From Mobula hypostoma (taxonomy: Eukaryota): 64,000 nucleotides of DNA. The stretch covers positions 108,564,001 to 108,628,000 of the forward strand of contig NC_086097.1 of NCBI RefSeq assembly GCF_963921235.1, written 5' to 3'. Of this stretch, positions 40,204 to 53,377 are shown piece by piece. Positions within the stretch are counted from its first letter, which is position 1, and each line of letters starts with the position of its first letter. The position numbers were made by a program, and so were the translations under genes. The notes under the pieces were generated by a model. It was not told where the DNA came from and did not search any database. It was given only the letters and a program-made list of their open reading frames with translations.

Positions 40204-41323
40204 GTGCCCATCTGTAGTTAAACCTATTATTTATTTGCCCAAAAGCTAGAGCAGATGTGCTGTATGCATCTTTAAGTTTTACAAGTGGCAAATATACCTG
40301 CATCATATTTGCCTCAGCAGCAGCAGTTTATCAAAGCTGTAGAAGTTTTTTTTTTGGTTTTGGTTTTAACCAACACACCACTGGATAATAAAAGCACATT
40401 GCATGAAGGGGAGTTAATTATGGAACAGAGGGAAAAGTGGCAATATTCTGTCCTCTGTATGATGGGTTCCTCAAACTGTGCTCTTATTATCACATAACCA
40501 TTGTGATACTAAGCAGCTTCTCTATGTTACTGCTGAACTTAATGTGTGCAATTTGATGTGGAGCGGAATTATAGTGTTCAGAATGTGAAAAGTTGAATAG
40601 AGATTTTGAGTGCCTCATTTTAAGGTAGTGTATTGTCAATATATTATCTTATTGCTTCCATTCTTTTCAAATTTCATTGTAGATTGTAGAAGTAACACTG
40701 TATCGTCCAATTAATGTGCATCCCAGTTTGCCAGTGGCACCACCGAACGAACCTGCACTATATACTAGAGCCAACATTAATTCTGCAATGTGTATTGATG
40801 TTGGTAACAACATTGTCCTTCACAGCCTCTGCTCCTGAGCACTTCCAATTCAAAATCAAAGTTTCAATGCATATTTCAGCTATGATGTCAGATTAATGCA
40901 CTAATGATAATTAAGGGGAATTGACCGTTCTTGGTTTGTTATTGTTTGGCACCTTTGGTGCTAAATTTTGAGTTTTCAAATTAATACTGTTGGAAGCTAA
41001 TTTTCTTTCACCTATGAATTTATGCATTTCTTCCTTGCATATAGCTTACTGCTCAAACAGTATGGAATTTGTCTTTAACATTATCAGAAGCCAAATTTTT
41101 CAATCGTGCACATTTTTCTTGCGTATTCTTGGGAGCTTTGCTTCTGAGCTTATTTTATTTCAAAAAGGCAGTGAAATATTTGAGAGGTAAGCCTGAAACA
41201 TTCTGGGATTGCTAGTTAATTTTAAGTTGGACTTACTTTGCTTGGGACCTTGCATCAATTCATCGAACTTGCTTCAAGTGACTGACTAAGTAGCATTGTG
41301 GTTAATATTATCCCTGCTTTTAG

Positions 41324-41449
41324 ATAACGACACGGGAAGAAACCAGTCTAAGGCAAAATGCAACTTCAAAGCCTGACTTGGAACCTGAAACGTTTCGGCC
41401 AAACCTGAGTGAAAAGAGTGAACTGCTCCAAACAGATCAGATTGAAAAG
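41324..41449 (+). CDS. OXR1: OXR1 exon ITTREETSLRQNATSKPDLEPETFRPNLSEKSELLQTDQIEK
   Basis: Acceptor ctgcttttag|ATA; donor AAG|GTAAGG; 126 nt, phase 0/0. Matches OXR1 ITTRED...FRPNLSDPSELL..DQIEK at the start of TLDc. Confidence 0.96.
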
Positions 41450-42206
41450 GTAAGGTAATTGTAGTTCAGAATATATGCTAAAAATATTGCTGAATACCTG
41501 ATTGTTTTGCTACTTTACATGCACTTTTTATTGATACAAAAAAAGGTTGTGCTTAATTCAATAATTAAAGGATGGACTCGATTTTTACACTACAATGACT
41601 ATATTAAGTTGGTATTGTGTGTGTGAGATCTTAACAGGGAATTAAATATTCTTACATTGGAGAGTGGTAATCACCTTTTATTTTATTTTCGTGTTTAAAA
41701 ATTATTTGCAATTTTGACAGCTTTAAATAAAAACTCAATTTCAGAACTTTATAGTTTCAGACTTAATAGGAAGTTATTGGTGAGTCAATAGAACAAATGT
41801 ATATTAGTGATATAAAAATTATTTGTGGCAAAGAAACTGAGGCAACATTGCAAGTTGTTCTAAACTGTTGGATGATTCATACTAAAGAGACAAGCTTGCC
41901 GGAACCATTCCATGAATTCCCACAAACTTCTTCCAGTGTGTACTATTAAGATGATATAGCTGTGAAAGTTGAGGCCAGTTTCACGTAACATTCTGTGAAA
42001 TCATGTTAGCATCTCTTTAATAAAGAAAGACTTTAATTGGTTCCATCTAAAAGTAATTTGGATTACTTTTCAAGTGCAGTCACTGTGATGGAGAATGGTA
42101 TAATTCTTGCTACAGTGCTTGTAAAAAGTATTCACCCTCCCTGAAGTTTTTTCTATAATTCAAATTTTTATTATTTATTATTTTACAGAGCAGCACAGCA
42201 CATCGT

Positions 42207-42265
42207 AGTATAGTCATAGTCATACTTTATTGATCCCGAGGGAAATTGATTTTCATTACAGTTGC
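42207..42265 (-). mobile_element. Tiny Rex1 3' terminus in the L1 3'UTR
   Basis: Reverse complement of the 45200-45253 terminus (GATCAATAAAGTATGACTATGA). Confidence 0.75.
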
Positions 42266-42796
42266 CCCAACCAAGAATCAAGAGCAGATACAGTACAGCA
42301 TATTTACACAGCCATCCCATGACAGGAAAACAAATAAAACTTAGAGACAGAAAGAAGTTCTAATTTAAGTTTAAATTAACATACAACCAAAATTGATCCC
42401 ACGCGTCTTGGACTTTTCCCTCACTGTTAATTCTTCCCAACGTGTGTTCGTATGATGAAATCTTAATTATTTCCTCAGTCCGTTCCTTCACAGTGGGACA
42501 TCTGGGTTTTTTTCCAGTTTCGCAATATAATTCTTGCAACTGTGATGAGACCCACCTTTAAAATAGTGAACTTGTCATTGTTTACATTAGGTACCATTGT
42601 CCTATCACCCGGGAGACAAAGGCGTGGGCACAAGGGCAGTGTGGAACCCAACCAACTCCCCAACAAATCAAGAACTTTACACCAAAATGGATGAACCATG
42701 GAGCACTCCCAAATCATGTGAAAATATGTGCCCACCTCATTTTCACATTTCCAGCATAAATTATTATCAACAATCCCCACTTTGTAGAGTTTAGTT

Positions 42797-42837
42797 ACTA
42801 CTACTACTTCGACGCAGGCCTAGGGGGCCGGCGTCGG
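42797..42837 (-). mobile_element. 41-bp retro-insertion (hairpin plus (TAG)n tail) in L1 ORF2
   Basis: Flanked by GAGT(T/C)TAGTT TSD at 42787-42796 and 42838-42847. Removing it restores WTPTRLYKVG. Confidence 0.8.
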
Positions 42838-44379
42838 GAGTCTAGTTGGTGTCCAATAATATCCGTGTACTATCTTATACTGAATAAATTTCCCTCTCAC
42901 TTCCCTAATATGACTACCCACATTTGATAAAATATTTGACCACTCATTATCTTCAATATCGCTTCCAAGATCCTTCTGCCACACTGCTTTGAGATTGTTA
43001 CACAATTCACCCACAGAGTGCTTGAACGTTTTATAAAACACTGATGCTTTATGAACCTCCTGTGGTAATGTAAAGTATAAAGTTAGAGTTACTTTGTGGG
43101 TCACCGTTCTTAAATATGCTACTAATGCAATGTCTTATTTATAAATACTTCCAAAAATTCCCTTTATCTACAAAGTTATATTTCCTCTGCAAATCCACGT
43201 GACATAAAAATCCCATTCTCATAGAGATCACATACTGTATTTACAACTTTAATCTTTGATTCTTTCCAGTACACCATTCTTTTTCCAATGCATATCTCAG
43301 GGTTATTCCAGAGCGAGGAGTATAACTGGTTTAAATGTGACATTCTGCAGGTTTTATGAATTGTACTCTACACACTCCTTGAGTGAAATAGTATAGGATT
43401 TAGATTAGTCTTATTTTCCACATGTTGTGAGAGGATGTTAAGGGGAGAATGTGGTGCAGCCAGGGTCCTTTCTATAATTACCCAATCTAAATCAACATCG
43501 GCCCTGTCCCAATGTTTAGCTAACTTGGTCGTTCCAAAGGATACTGAGCCCACCCATGTCCTTGGACATACACATCTTACTCATTTTAATTCCGGGCTGC
43601 TTCTTATCCCATAGAAAATCACTGATAATTTTGTTGTATTGCTTGTAGATCAACGCTGATATATTTAAAGGAAGCGTCATAGAAAGATAGTTAAACTGAG
43701 GTGCTATTTTAACTACATTGACTTTACCCCAGAGTGACAGTCTCAGTGCCCCCCACTTGTCCAGATTATTTTTTTTATCCTACTCAATAATGGATCATAA
43801 TTTAAAGTAATTATTTCGTCCAAATTCTGACTGAGTTTGACCCTTAGATACTTCATTCCAACTGGCACCCATCTAAAATTAAACTGAAATACTGAATTTG
43901 AATAACACAATTTTGACATTGGCATAGCCTCAGATTTATTGCAGTTGATTTTATAACCAGGTACCTCAGGATATAACTGAATTGTTTTCATTAGTGAGGG
44001 TAAGGAATTAGGAGGGTCACTAATCAGTAATAAAATATTGTCAGCATATAACATCAGCTTATGGTCCTTTCCGCCTCCTTCACCCCTCTGATATTTGGAT
44101 CTGCTCTAATCATGATTGCCAATGGTTCCAAAAAAATCGTAAATAACAGTGGGGAGAATGGGCGGCGTTGGCGCGTACCCCTTAAAATGTTGAAAAATGG
44201 GGATATGATACTATTTGTAATAACTGCAGCCTTAGGGTTTTTATACAAAATTCTAATCCATGATTTAAAGATAGAGCCAAACCCAAAGAATGACAAGGCT
44301 GTGGTTAAAAACCTCCACTCAACCTGTCAAAGGTCTTTTCGGCGTCCAGGGAGATGGCAGTAACTGGGACACTACTTGT

Positions 44380-45253
44380 GTTTTCAGAAGTTTTCGGATG
44401 ACTCTGCCATAGTTGGATGCATCAGCAAGGGAGATGAGGTTGAGTACAGGGCTACGGTAGGAAACTTTGTCACATGGTGTGAGCAGAATTATCTGCAGCT
44501 TAATGTGAAAAAGGCTAAGGAGCTGGTGGTAGACCTGAGGAGAGCTAAGGTACCAGTGACCCCTGTTTCCATCCAGCTGGTCGGTGTGGACATGGTGGAG
44601 GATTACAGATACCTGGGGATACGAATTGACAATAAACTGGACTGGTCTAAGAACAATGAGGCTGTCTACAAGAAGGGTCAGAGCTGTCTCTATTTCCTGA
44701 GGAGACTGAAGTCCTTTAACATCTGCTGGACGATGCTGAGGATGTTCTACGAGTCTGTGGTGGCCAGTGCTATCATGTTTGCTGTTGTGTGCTGGGGCAG
44801 CAGGCTGAGGATAGCAGACACCAACAGAATCAACAAACTCATTTGTAAGGCCAGTGATGTTGTGGGGATGGAACTTGACTCTCTCACGGTGGTGTCTGAA
44901 AAGAGGATGTTGTCCAAGTTGCATGCCATCTTGGTCAGTGTCTCCCATCCTCTACATAATGTACTGGGTGGGCACAGGAGTACATTCAGCCAGAGACTCA
45001 TTCCTCCGAGATGTAGCTCAGAGCATCATAGGAAGTCATTCCTGCCTGTGGCCATCAAACTCTACATACAACTCCATCCCTTGGAAGGTCAGACACCCTG
45101 AGCCAATAGGCTGGCCCTGGACTTATTTCATAATTTACTGGCATAATTTACATATTACAATTTAACTATTTATGGTTCTATTACTATTTATTATCTATGG
45201 TGCAACTGTAACGAAAACCAATTTCCCCCGGGATCAATAAAGTATGACTATGA
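44380..45253 (+). mobile_element. 5'-truncated Rex1/Babar LINE inserted in L1 ORF2
   Basis: QKFSDDSAIVG...WCEQNYLQLNVKKAKEL...YESVVAS with a near-intact frame and a (CTATGA)n-like tail. Confidence 0.92.
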
Positions 45254-48200
45254 GGAGTTCAGCCACGTTAAGTGCAGTAATCTCCTTAAATTGTCAGTTG
45301 GGGATCTGCCTTTAATGAAGCCAACCTGGTTGGTATTAATTATAGATGGCAATACTTTCTCTAATTGAGAAGCCAGTATTCTAGTCAGTATCTTACAGTT
45401 CACATTAATTAAGCTTATAGGCCTAGAATTAAAAGGATCTATTGCATCCCTGTCTTTTTTTGGGATCAACAATATTAATGCTTCATTAAATGTATTATGT
45501 AAAGATTCCAAATTAGATGTTTCTGAATAGATCTTTGTTAGAATAGGAACCAGTATGTCCAGAAATTTCTTATAATATTCAACCGAGAAGTCATCCATAC
45601 CTGGAGATTTCACAATTTTCATAGCTGCAATAGCCCGTCTGGCCTCATCCTTAGTAATTGGGGCATCCAAGGACTCGGCCTTTTGTGGGGATAATGCAGG
45701 CAATTTTACGTTAGCAAAAAACTGATTCAGCTCCTCCTGGTTATGGTTAAATGGTGATGCATATAAATGTTCATAGAACTGTTGAAAGACTTCATTTATT
45801 TCTTTCGATGATGACACTAATGTATCCCCTTTCTTAATTACAGGTATAACACTATTCATATCCTGCTTTAAATATCGTGCCAGCAGCTTACCAGCTTTGT
45901 CACCACCTTCGTAGAAACTTGTTTTTAATCTTAAATAATACATATTCTGCTTTGTTATATATATTATTTAGCTGGAATTTTAAATTACACAGATCTTTGT
46001 ATAAGTCATCGGTATTGTCTTGATTAGACCTTTTCCAATGTAGTTATTTCTGCTTCCAGATTTTTTATTTGCTTCATACTTTCTTCCTTCCTTTTAGATG
46101 TTTGTGCTATTAATTTTCCTCTTATATTTGCCTTGGATGCCTCCCATACCGAGGACAGCTTTACTGTGGTCCCTACGTTCAATTCAAAAAATGAAGTCAG
46201 ATCCTTAGGCAACTTAACACTAAAATCCTCATCTTTTAACAGCATAGCATTCACTCGCCATCTACCCCTCCTTCCCCTTTCAGTATTTAAATCAATTTGA
46301 ATTTCAACTGGTGCATGGTCTGATATCGCTATTGGGCCAATTTTACAGTCTATCACCTGTTCAACAATAGAGTTGGATATTAGAACAAAATCTATTCTAG
46401 AGTAGAATTTATGTCGATGAGAGAAAAATGTATATTCTTTTCCGAATGGATTCCCCAATGCCATATATCCACCAGACCGATATCCTCAATAGATTGATGT
46501 AAGGCAGCCCTGTCCCTAGGTACTGGTGATGTCTGAAATTTGCTTTTATCAATAACTGGGTCCATTACTTGGTTAAAATCTCCTGCTAAAATTATTTTTC
46601 CTTCCTTGGTACTTAAAATTTCATTCACCTTGTTAAGAAAGTCTGGGTCTTCCTTATTAGGTGCGTATATGTTACAAAGTACTACTTTCAGTGCATCTAT
46701 ACAAATTATCCTGCCTTCCTTGTCTTTAAATTCCCCAAGCAATGCAAAAGTAAGTTTTTTTGTTAACTAAAATCATTGTCCTATTTTGTTTGCTATTAAA
46801 TGATGAATAGAATACCTGGCCCACCCAATCTCTTCTAAATTTCAGTGCTTCAGCATTTTTAAAGTGTGTTTCCTGGACAAATTCAACATCAATTTGTTTA
46901 CCTTTAAGGTATGATAAAATCTTTTTCCTCTTGATTAGGTTTCCACACCCATTAATGTTCCATGATATGAAACTAACCATTTTCGTGTCCCAAACTTCAT
47001 GCACACCTGTGCAAAAATATACATTTACCTGAATGGCTGAGTCTGGAATGCAATAAAATGAAAACTCCAAAAAAAACCTGTACTCTAACCCCATGCTCAA
47101 TTATTACCAACGAACACTGCAAATGCTGCGCTCTCAAACAGCAAGTAAACAACCAACATAACCCAAAAACATAGAAATAATATATTCCTGCCAGATTAGC
47201 TAACAAATAAAAACAAACAGGCAGGATGAACTCCACAAAGAAACAGAAAAGAAAAAGAAAAAGACACACGATATGGTCCATGAAGTTCTGTGCCAGCTAG
47301 TAAGCCTAGCCCTAATCAGATGCTTTAACCAGCTCCCCACCCACCTTGTTATACCTAAAAGGTTATCTCTACCTATTACTGTAATCATATCCTGTCTCTG
47401 TCAGTGCCAGTGCCGCAGTTTTCCTGAATGAATTTCTCAGCTTCTGCAGCAGTAGTAAAGAACTTGTTTTTTCCTTTCCACGTGAAGCGTAGAACTGCTG
47501 GATAAGCAAGTGTATACCTCACGTTGACTTTTTGCAGCATTTTCTGAGCCATAGTAAATGCCCTCCATTTTTCAGACAATTCTCTGGACATATCTGGAAA
47601 AAAGGAAACTTTGCATCCCTCCCACTCAACTCCTCTCTTTGCTTTGGCTGCTTGCAGCACTTTCTGTCTGACTGAAGAGCGCAAGAATCGTAGTAGGACC
47701 AGCCTGGGAGGGCGATTCTCGCCCGCCTAGGAGCCGAGGCCCGATGTGCCCTCTCAATCTCAAACTCTGCGTTCAGCTTGATACCAAAACCTTCGGACGT
47801 GATTCTTTGCACATACTTAATCAGAACGGCCGTTTCTGAACCCTCCTTTAGACCGATCAGCCTGACGTTGTTGCATCTGCTCCTGTTCTCAAGCTCCTCG
47901 CCACGGTTCCACAGCAGGTCCAAGCATTTATTGTTCTGCTCACTAGCACCCTCCAGTTGCACAGTGGTGTCCTCCACACTAGAGAGGTGGCCCTCGGCTT
48001 CTGTCAGCCTCTCTTGAATGACATTGATGGAGTTCTTCAGCTCCGTTGTCATTTCCTTAATCGTAGATACATCAGCAGCCACCACGAGTAGAGTGGAACT
48101 CATACGACTAACCTCAGCCAGTAAATTCTCCATGTTGGAGCCTTGGTCCATCTGTGTCGTTAGTGTGGCTTGAACTTCGGATTGTGGGCTCTGTCTTACA

Positions 48201-50219
48201 GCCACGCGGCTCGTGGTAGCGTTCTTAGAAGGTCTTGACATTGTACAGAGTTGTCTCAGAAAGTTGTTATTAGCACTTTAGTGAAGAAAACAAGCCATTT
48301 CTAACTGGGACAGCTGTATCCAGACAAGGCGAGATAAATATGCTCTAATTAATAGAATTTCATGGTGGGTTGTTGGAGCTTCACTAACGTGTGGCCATCT
48401 TGCTCGGCACCCACGTGACTCCCCAACCCCCCGCCCCGGAAGTTTTCATGTTTTATTGTTTTACAACATTGAATCACAGTGCTTTTGATTTGGCTTTTTT
48501 GCCACTGATCAACAGAGAAAGACTTTTTCATGTCAAAGTGAAAACAGATCTCTGCAAAGTGATCTAAATTAATTACTAATATAAATCACAAAACGCTTGA
48601 TTGCATATGTATTCCACCCCCTTTAACATGACACACCAAATCATTACTAGTACAACCAATTGATTTTAGAAGTCACATAATTAGTTAAATAGAGATCTGC
48701 TTTTGGAGACCTGTGTGCAGTCAAGGTGTTCCAGTTGATTACAGTAAAAATACACCCGTATCTGGAAGATCCACCTGTTGGTGAGTCAGTATCCTGGCAG
48801 AAACTACACCAGGAAGACAAACGAACACTCCGTGAAAACTTGCAGTGTAATGGTTATTGAAAAGTGCAAGTCAGGAGATGAATACAAAAAAATTTCCAAA
48901 TCATTGAATATTCTTTGGAGTACTGTTAAGTCAATCATCAAGAAATGGAGAGAATATGGCACAGCTGTAAATCTGCCTAAAGCAGGCTGTGCTCAAAAAC
49001 TGAGTGACCGTATAAGAAGGGGACTTTTGAGGGAGGCCACCAAGAGACCTATGACAACTCTGCGGGAGTTACAAGCTTCAGTGGCTGAGATGGGAGAAGA
49101 CTGCACATACAACAGCTGTTGCCTGGGTGCTTCGCCAGTCGCAGCTTTATGGGAGAGTGGCAAAGAGAAAGCCACTTTTGGGGGAAAAAAAACTCATGAA
49201 ATCTCAGCTGGAGTTTGCCAGAAGCATGTGGGAGACTCTGAAGCCAAGTGGAAGGAGGTTCTATGGTCTGATGAAACCAACATTGAGCTTTTTGGCCATC
49301 GGACTAAACACTGTGTTTGCGTAAACCAAACACTGCACATCATTAAAAACAGACCATCCCTACCATGAAGTTTGGTGGTAGTTGCATCATGCTGTGGGGA
49401 TGCTTCACTGCAGCAGACCCTGGAAGGCTTGTCAAGGTAGAGGGTAAAAGTGAATGCAGAAAAATATAGGGGAATCCTGGAGGAAAGCCTGTTGCAGTCT
49501 GCAAGTGAACTGCAACTTGGAAGAAGATATGTTTTCTAGCAAGACAATGACCCCAAGTATAAAGCCAAAGCAATGTAGGAATGGCTTAAAAACAACAAAG
49601 TTATTGGCCTGGAATGGCCAGGTCAGAGCCAAGACCTCAATCCAATTGAGAATTGGTGGCTGGACATGAAAAGGGCTATTCACTCATGATCCCCATGCAA
49701 CCTGACAGAGTTTAAGCAGTTTTGTAAAGAAGAATGGGGGAAAATTGCAGTATCCAGATTTGAAAAGCTGTTAGAGACTTATCCAAACAGGCTCAAGGCT
49801 ATAATTGCTGCCAAAGATGCTTAATACTGACTTGAAGGGGGTGAATACTTTTGCAATCAATTATTGTGTGTTTTATAATTCTAATTTATTTAGATCACTT
49901 TGTAGAGATCTGTTTTCATGACACGAAGAGTCTTTTTCTGTTGATCAGTGTCAAAAAAAAGCCCAGTGGATCATAGTGGATTTAATTGTTGTAAAACAAT
50001 AGAACATGAAAACATCCAAGGGGCGTGAATACTTTTTATAGGCACTGAATGTTGTTCAGCCTTTCCCAGCATATCTTCGGAAAGTTAATTGGAAAAAGAA
50101 CACTGGCAGGAACGACGGCAGAGCAGCAGTGGCTGGAATGGATGACCCATTGAAGCCTACATTTGCAATTTGTGCCACTCAACTCATTTGAAGAAGACTG
50201 CATCTTCTATATATGCACA

Positions 50220-50750
50220 TTGGAGAGAACCCTAACTGGTTGCCTCATGGCCTGATATTAAAACACCAATGCCCACAAAAAGTGGAAGATATAGCCCAGT
50301 CCATCCAGGAAAAGCCTCCCCATCATTCAGCATAACTACAAGGAATGCTGCCACAAGAAAGGAATATCCATCATCAAGGACCCCTACCATCGAGGCCACA
50401 CTTTCTTCTTGCTGCCATCACGATGGAGATACAGGAGTTTTAGGTTCTATGCCACCAGTTCAGTAATAGTTCAAACATCAGGTCCTGCACTAGTGTGGAT
50501 AACTTCATTCACCTCAACACTGAACTGATTCCACAACCTATGGATTCACTTTCAATGACACTACAACACATGTTCTCAGAAATCATTATTTATTTATTTG
50601 TTTGTTTGTTTATTGCATTTGCAAAACTTGTCTTCTGCACATTGGTTGTCTTTGTGTGTAGCTTTTATTGTTTCTGTTGTGTGTCTTTGTTCTACTGTGA
50701 ATGTCTGCAAGAAAATGAATCTCATGGGTGTATATGGTAACATTTACTTT
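50220..50750 (+). mobile_element. Old Rex1/Babar 3' fragment
   Basis: Degenerate SIIKDPYH.GH motif and a Rex-type 3' UTR. Confidence 0.7.
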
Positions 50751-52440
50751 CAACTTAAAATCAGGGTTATTAAGTCCAATCTGCAAGGTGGTCAATTCAA
50801 GGGTTCCTGGTTTTATTAGACAACCTTGCTAATTGTATCTAGATTTTAACAACAGAAATTCTCAGAAGATTATAAAGATAAAACGTAGAATGTCATTATA
50901 CAACCCATTTTATCAGTGTTGGCTTTTCCAGAGATGCAGTTAGTAACAAGTTACTGGCATCCTGGCAAAGATTTTGAAACACTCCCACTACATAACACCA
51001 TGTCCATTTGTAAAATCACAACTTCAGCATAATTCAGCTGTGCACCAGCATCTACCCACTCAAGCATTCTGTGAATGTTGCGTCGGTTTTGATGCATGCA
51101 GACATGGGCTTCTTTTAAAAAGGTGCTGTAAATGAAAATGAATATTGCGCATCAAAAAGGGAAAAACCCCGCTTTTGATCTTATTCGAAGACAATTACTG
51201 ATGAAGTCACTAAATGGTGCAAAAGGACTCTGCCCTGAGAAGATTTTGCAGTGATAGTAGATAGTAGAAGTCTAGGTGGCTCAGTTTCCGAATATAATGA
51301 TGTCCCTTTAGAACATGGATGAGGAGAAATTTCTTTAACTGGGGTTGGTGAATTTGTGAAATTCATTGCAACAGGCAGCTGTGGGGACCAAGTCATTCAG
51401 TATATTTAAAGTGGAAGTTGGTAGGTTCTTGATTTGTAAGGGCATCAAAAGGATACAGGAAGAAGGCAGGAGAATGAGCTAAGAGGGAAAATGAATCAGT
51501 CATGATCAAATGATGGAGCAGACACCATAGGGTTAAATGGCCTCGTTCTGCTCCTATTGCTTATGAACCTCCTGATGGAGAGAGTTTTCCCATAATTCCC
51601 ATTGATTTCAGTTTTATCAGAACCGTAAGACTAAAAGACCCAGGCCATTCAGCCATTCAAGTCTACACCGCCATTCCATCATGGCTGATCCCGAATCCCA
51701 CTCAACCCCAGACCCTGCCTTTTTGCCACATCCTTTGATGCCCTGACCGATCAGGAAACTATCAACTTCCGCTTTAAATATACCCACAGACTTGGCCTCC
51801 ACCGCAGTCTGTTATGTACCCTGTAACAGGTTAAAAAAAACAGCAGAAATGGAACACACCTGGAGTCTGGTTTTGCTGTTAACTAATGCTATTTTATTAG
51901 TAACTACATAATAAAGTAATATGAAACCAGGTACATCAAACAGGTTAGCAGAGATTATGCATATATATAGGTGTGGAAATATAAAACCCAAACTTCTTCA
52001 AGCTTAGGTGGTAAGGGATACAGTCTTACAATGGAATGTGAGATAGTTCAGTTCAATGCTCAGGTTAATTAATGAGAGATATTTGTAATCCAAAAGGCGA
52101 ATGTTGTGAGAAGGCAATTACGTCGATATTCCACACATTCCACGACAGCAATACAAAACAATAGTAGTAGGTTTTACATTCGAAGTTGTTCCACTTCACA
52201 CACGAGGTATCACCGACAGTGATTTTCAATGAATATCCTTTCAACACAAGTAGTACCGCACCTGAATTCAGCTACGGGTCATCCTAATGTGGTGGCCACA
52301 GGATACTCAAACAGAATCCACGTATGGATTATCACCAACAGTAGTCTTGTCAATGAAGTACCGTCTTCAAGTGGTAAAACTATCAACCCAGGCAAGGATT
52401 ATCACACACAGGTAGTTTCCACAGAAGGTTACCCCAAACA

Positions 52441-52910
52441 CTGTGTTCGTCCATTGTTGACGTCGATGAGGACCTCGACACCATTGTGATGGTGTCAAGA
52501 CTAGCGCGTGATTTGGATTTAAGTGAAGGAGAGTTGCGCAGCGTCAGCCTCATTCACTCTTCCCAATTCCCATCTGGATCCAGTGGCAAGACAGAGTCGA
52601 GACAGCTGGAGATGGGACTAGGCGCAGTGGATGACCAGAACGTCTTCTGTGTCTTGTCCTGCTCTACATGTTCCACAATGCTTGCAGAGACCGCCTTCTT
52701 GACCGTTGGACCTTCCATTGGTTTCGTCCGCTCAATCCGCCGGAGTCTGTCTTCACATGCTGGGATAGACAACTCCCTATCTCACCGAGGGTTTGAGACC
52801 CATTGGCTACCCTCACCTGGTTTAGCCGGCTTGTCAAAGCCATTGCCCGGGGTGTGGCCCCTGTCGCATGCAAACAGCTACGGGGAGCCACAGGTGAGAG
52901 CTGAGTATGA
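52441..52910 (-). mobile_element. RTE-clade-derived non-autonomous element
   Basis: GGATTTAAGTGA...CAGCCTCA...CCATCTGGATCCAGTGGCAAGAC...CTGGAGATGG resembles RTE-derived SINE sequence as I recall it; CpG-rich, so relatively young. Confidence 0.5.
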
Positions 52911-52911
52911 G

Positions 52912-53377
52912 GATGATTCCTGGAATGCAGGGGCTAACATATGAGGAGCATTTGTCAGCTCTTGGACTGTATTCTTTAGGGTATAGAAGAATGAGAGGGG
53001 ATCTCATAGAAACATTTTGAATGTTGAAAGGGTTGGACAGAGTAGATGTGGAAAGGCTGTTCCCCTTGGTGGGTGAGTCCAGGACAAGAGGCCACAGTCC
53101 TAGAATTAGAGGGTACCCATTTAAAACACAGATGAGGAGAAATTTTTTTAGCCAGAGGGTTGTGGATTTATGGAATTCGTTGTCACATGCATTTGTGGAG
53201 GTTGGATCATTGAGAGTGTTTGAGGAGGAGATTGATAGGTATCTAATTAGTCAGGGTATCAAGGGATATGGGGAAAAAGCTGGAAATTGAAACTAGATGG
53301 GAGAATAGTTTAGCTCGTGGTGGAGTGGCGGAGCAGACTGGATGGGCCAAATGACCTACTTCTGCTCCTTTGTCTTG
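52912..53377 (+). mobile_element. CR1 LINE 3' fragment
   Basis: RRMRGDLIETF..LKGLDRVDVERLFPLVGESRTRGHS. Confidence 0.88.

Larger units (their letters stand above)
42151..48438 (-). mobile_element. Near full-length, decayed L1/Tx1-clade LINE (5'UTR, ORF1 about 48241-47388, ORF2 from 46980)
   Basis: ORF1 with coiled coil and LENRSRCNNVRLIGLKEG. ORF2 APE start MVSFISWNINGCG, then AGDFN, SRIDF, ISDH; RT RPISLIN, QVGFIKGR, YADNILL; terminal CWKC...HMIWEC. TSD GAAGTTTT at 42143-42150 and 48439-48446. Confidence 0.95.
42113..50047 (+). mobile_element. Tc1/mariner DNA transposon with long IR/DR-type TIRs; left TIR split by an L1 insertion
   Basis: TA|CAGTGCTTGTAAAAAGTATTCACCC at 42111 matches the reverse complement of GGGCGTGAATACTTTTTATAGGCACTG ending at 50047. 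The left TIR resumes at about 48439. Decayed transposase at about 48800-49825 with WSDE, QDNDPK and SQDLNPIENWW (DD34E) motifs. Confidence 0.92.
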
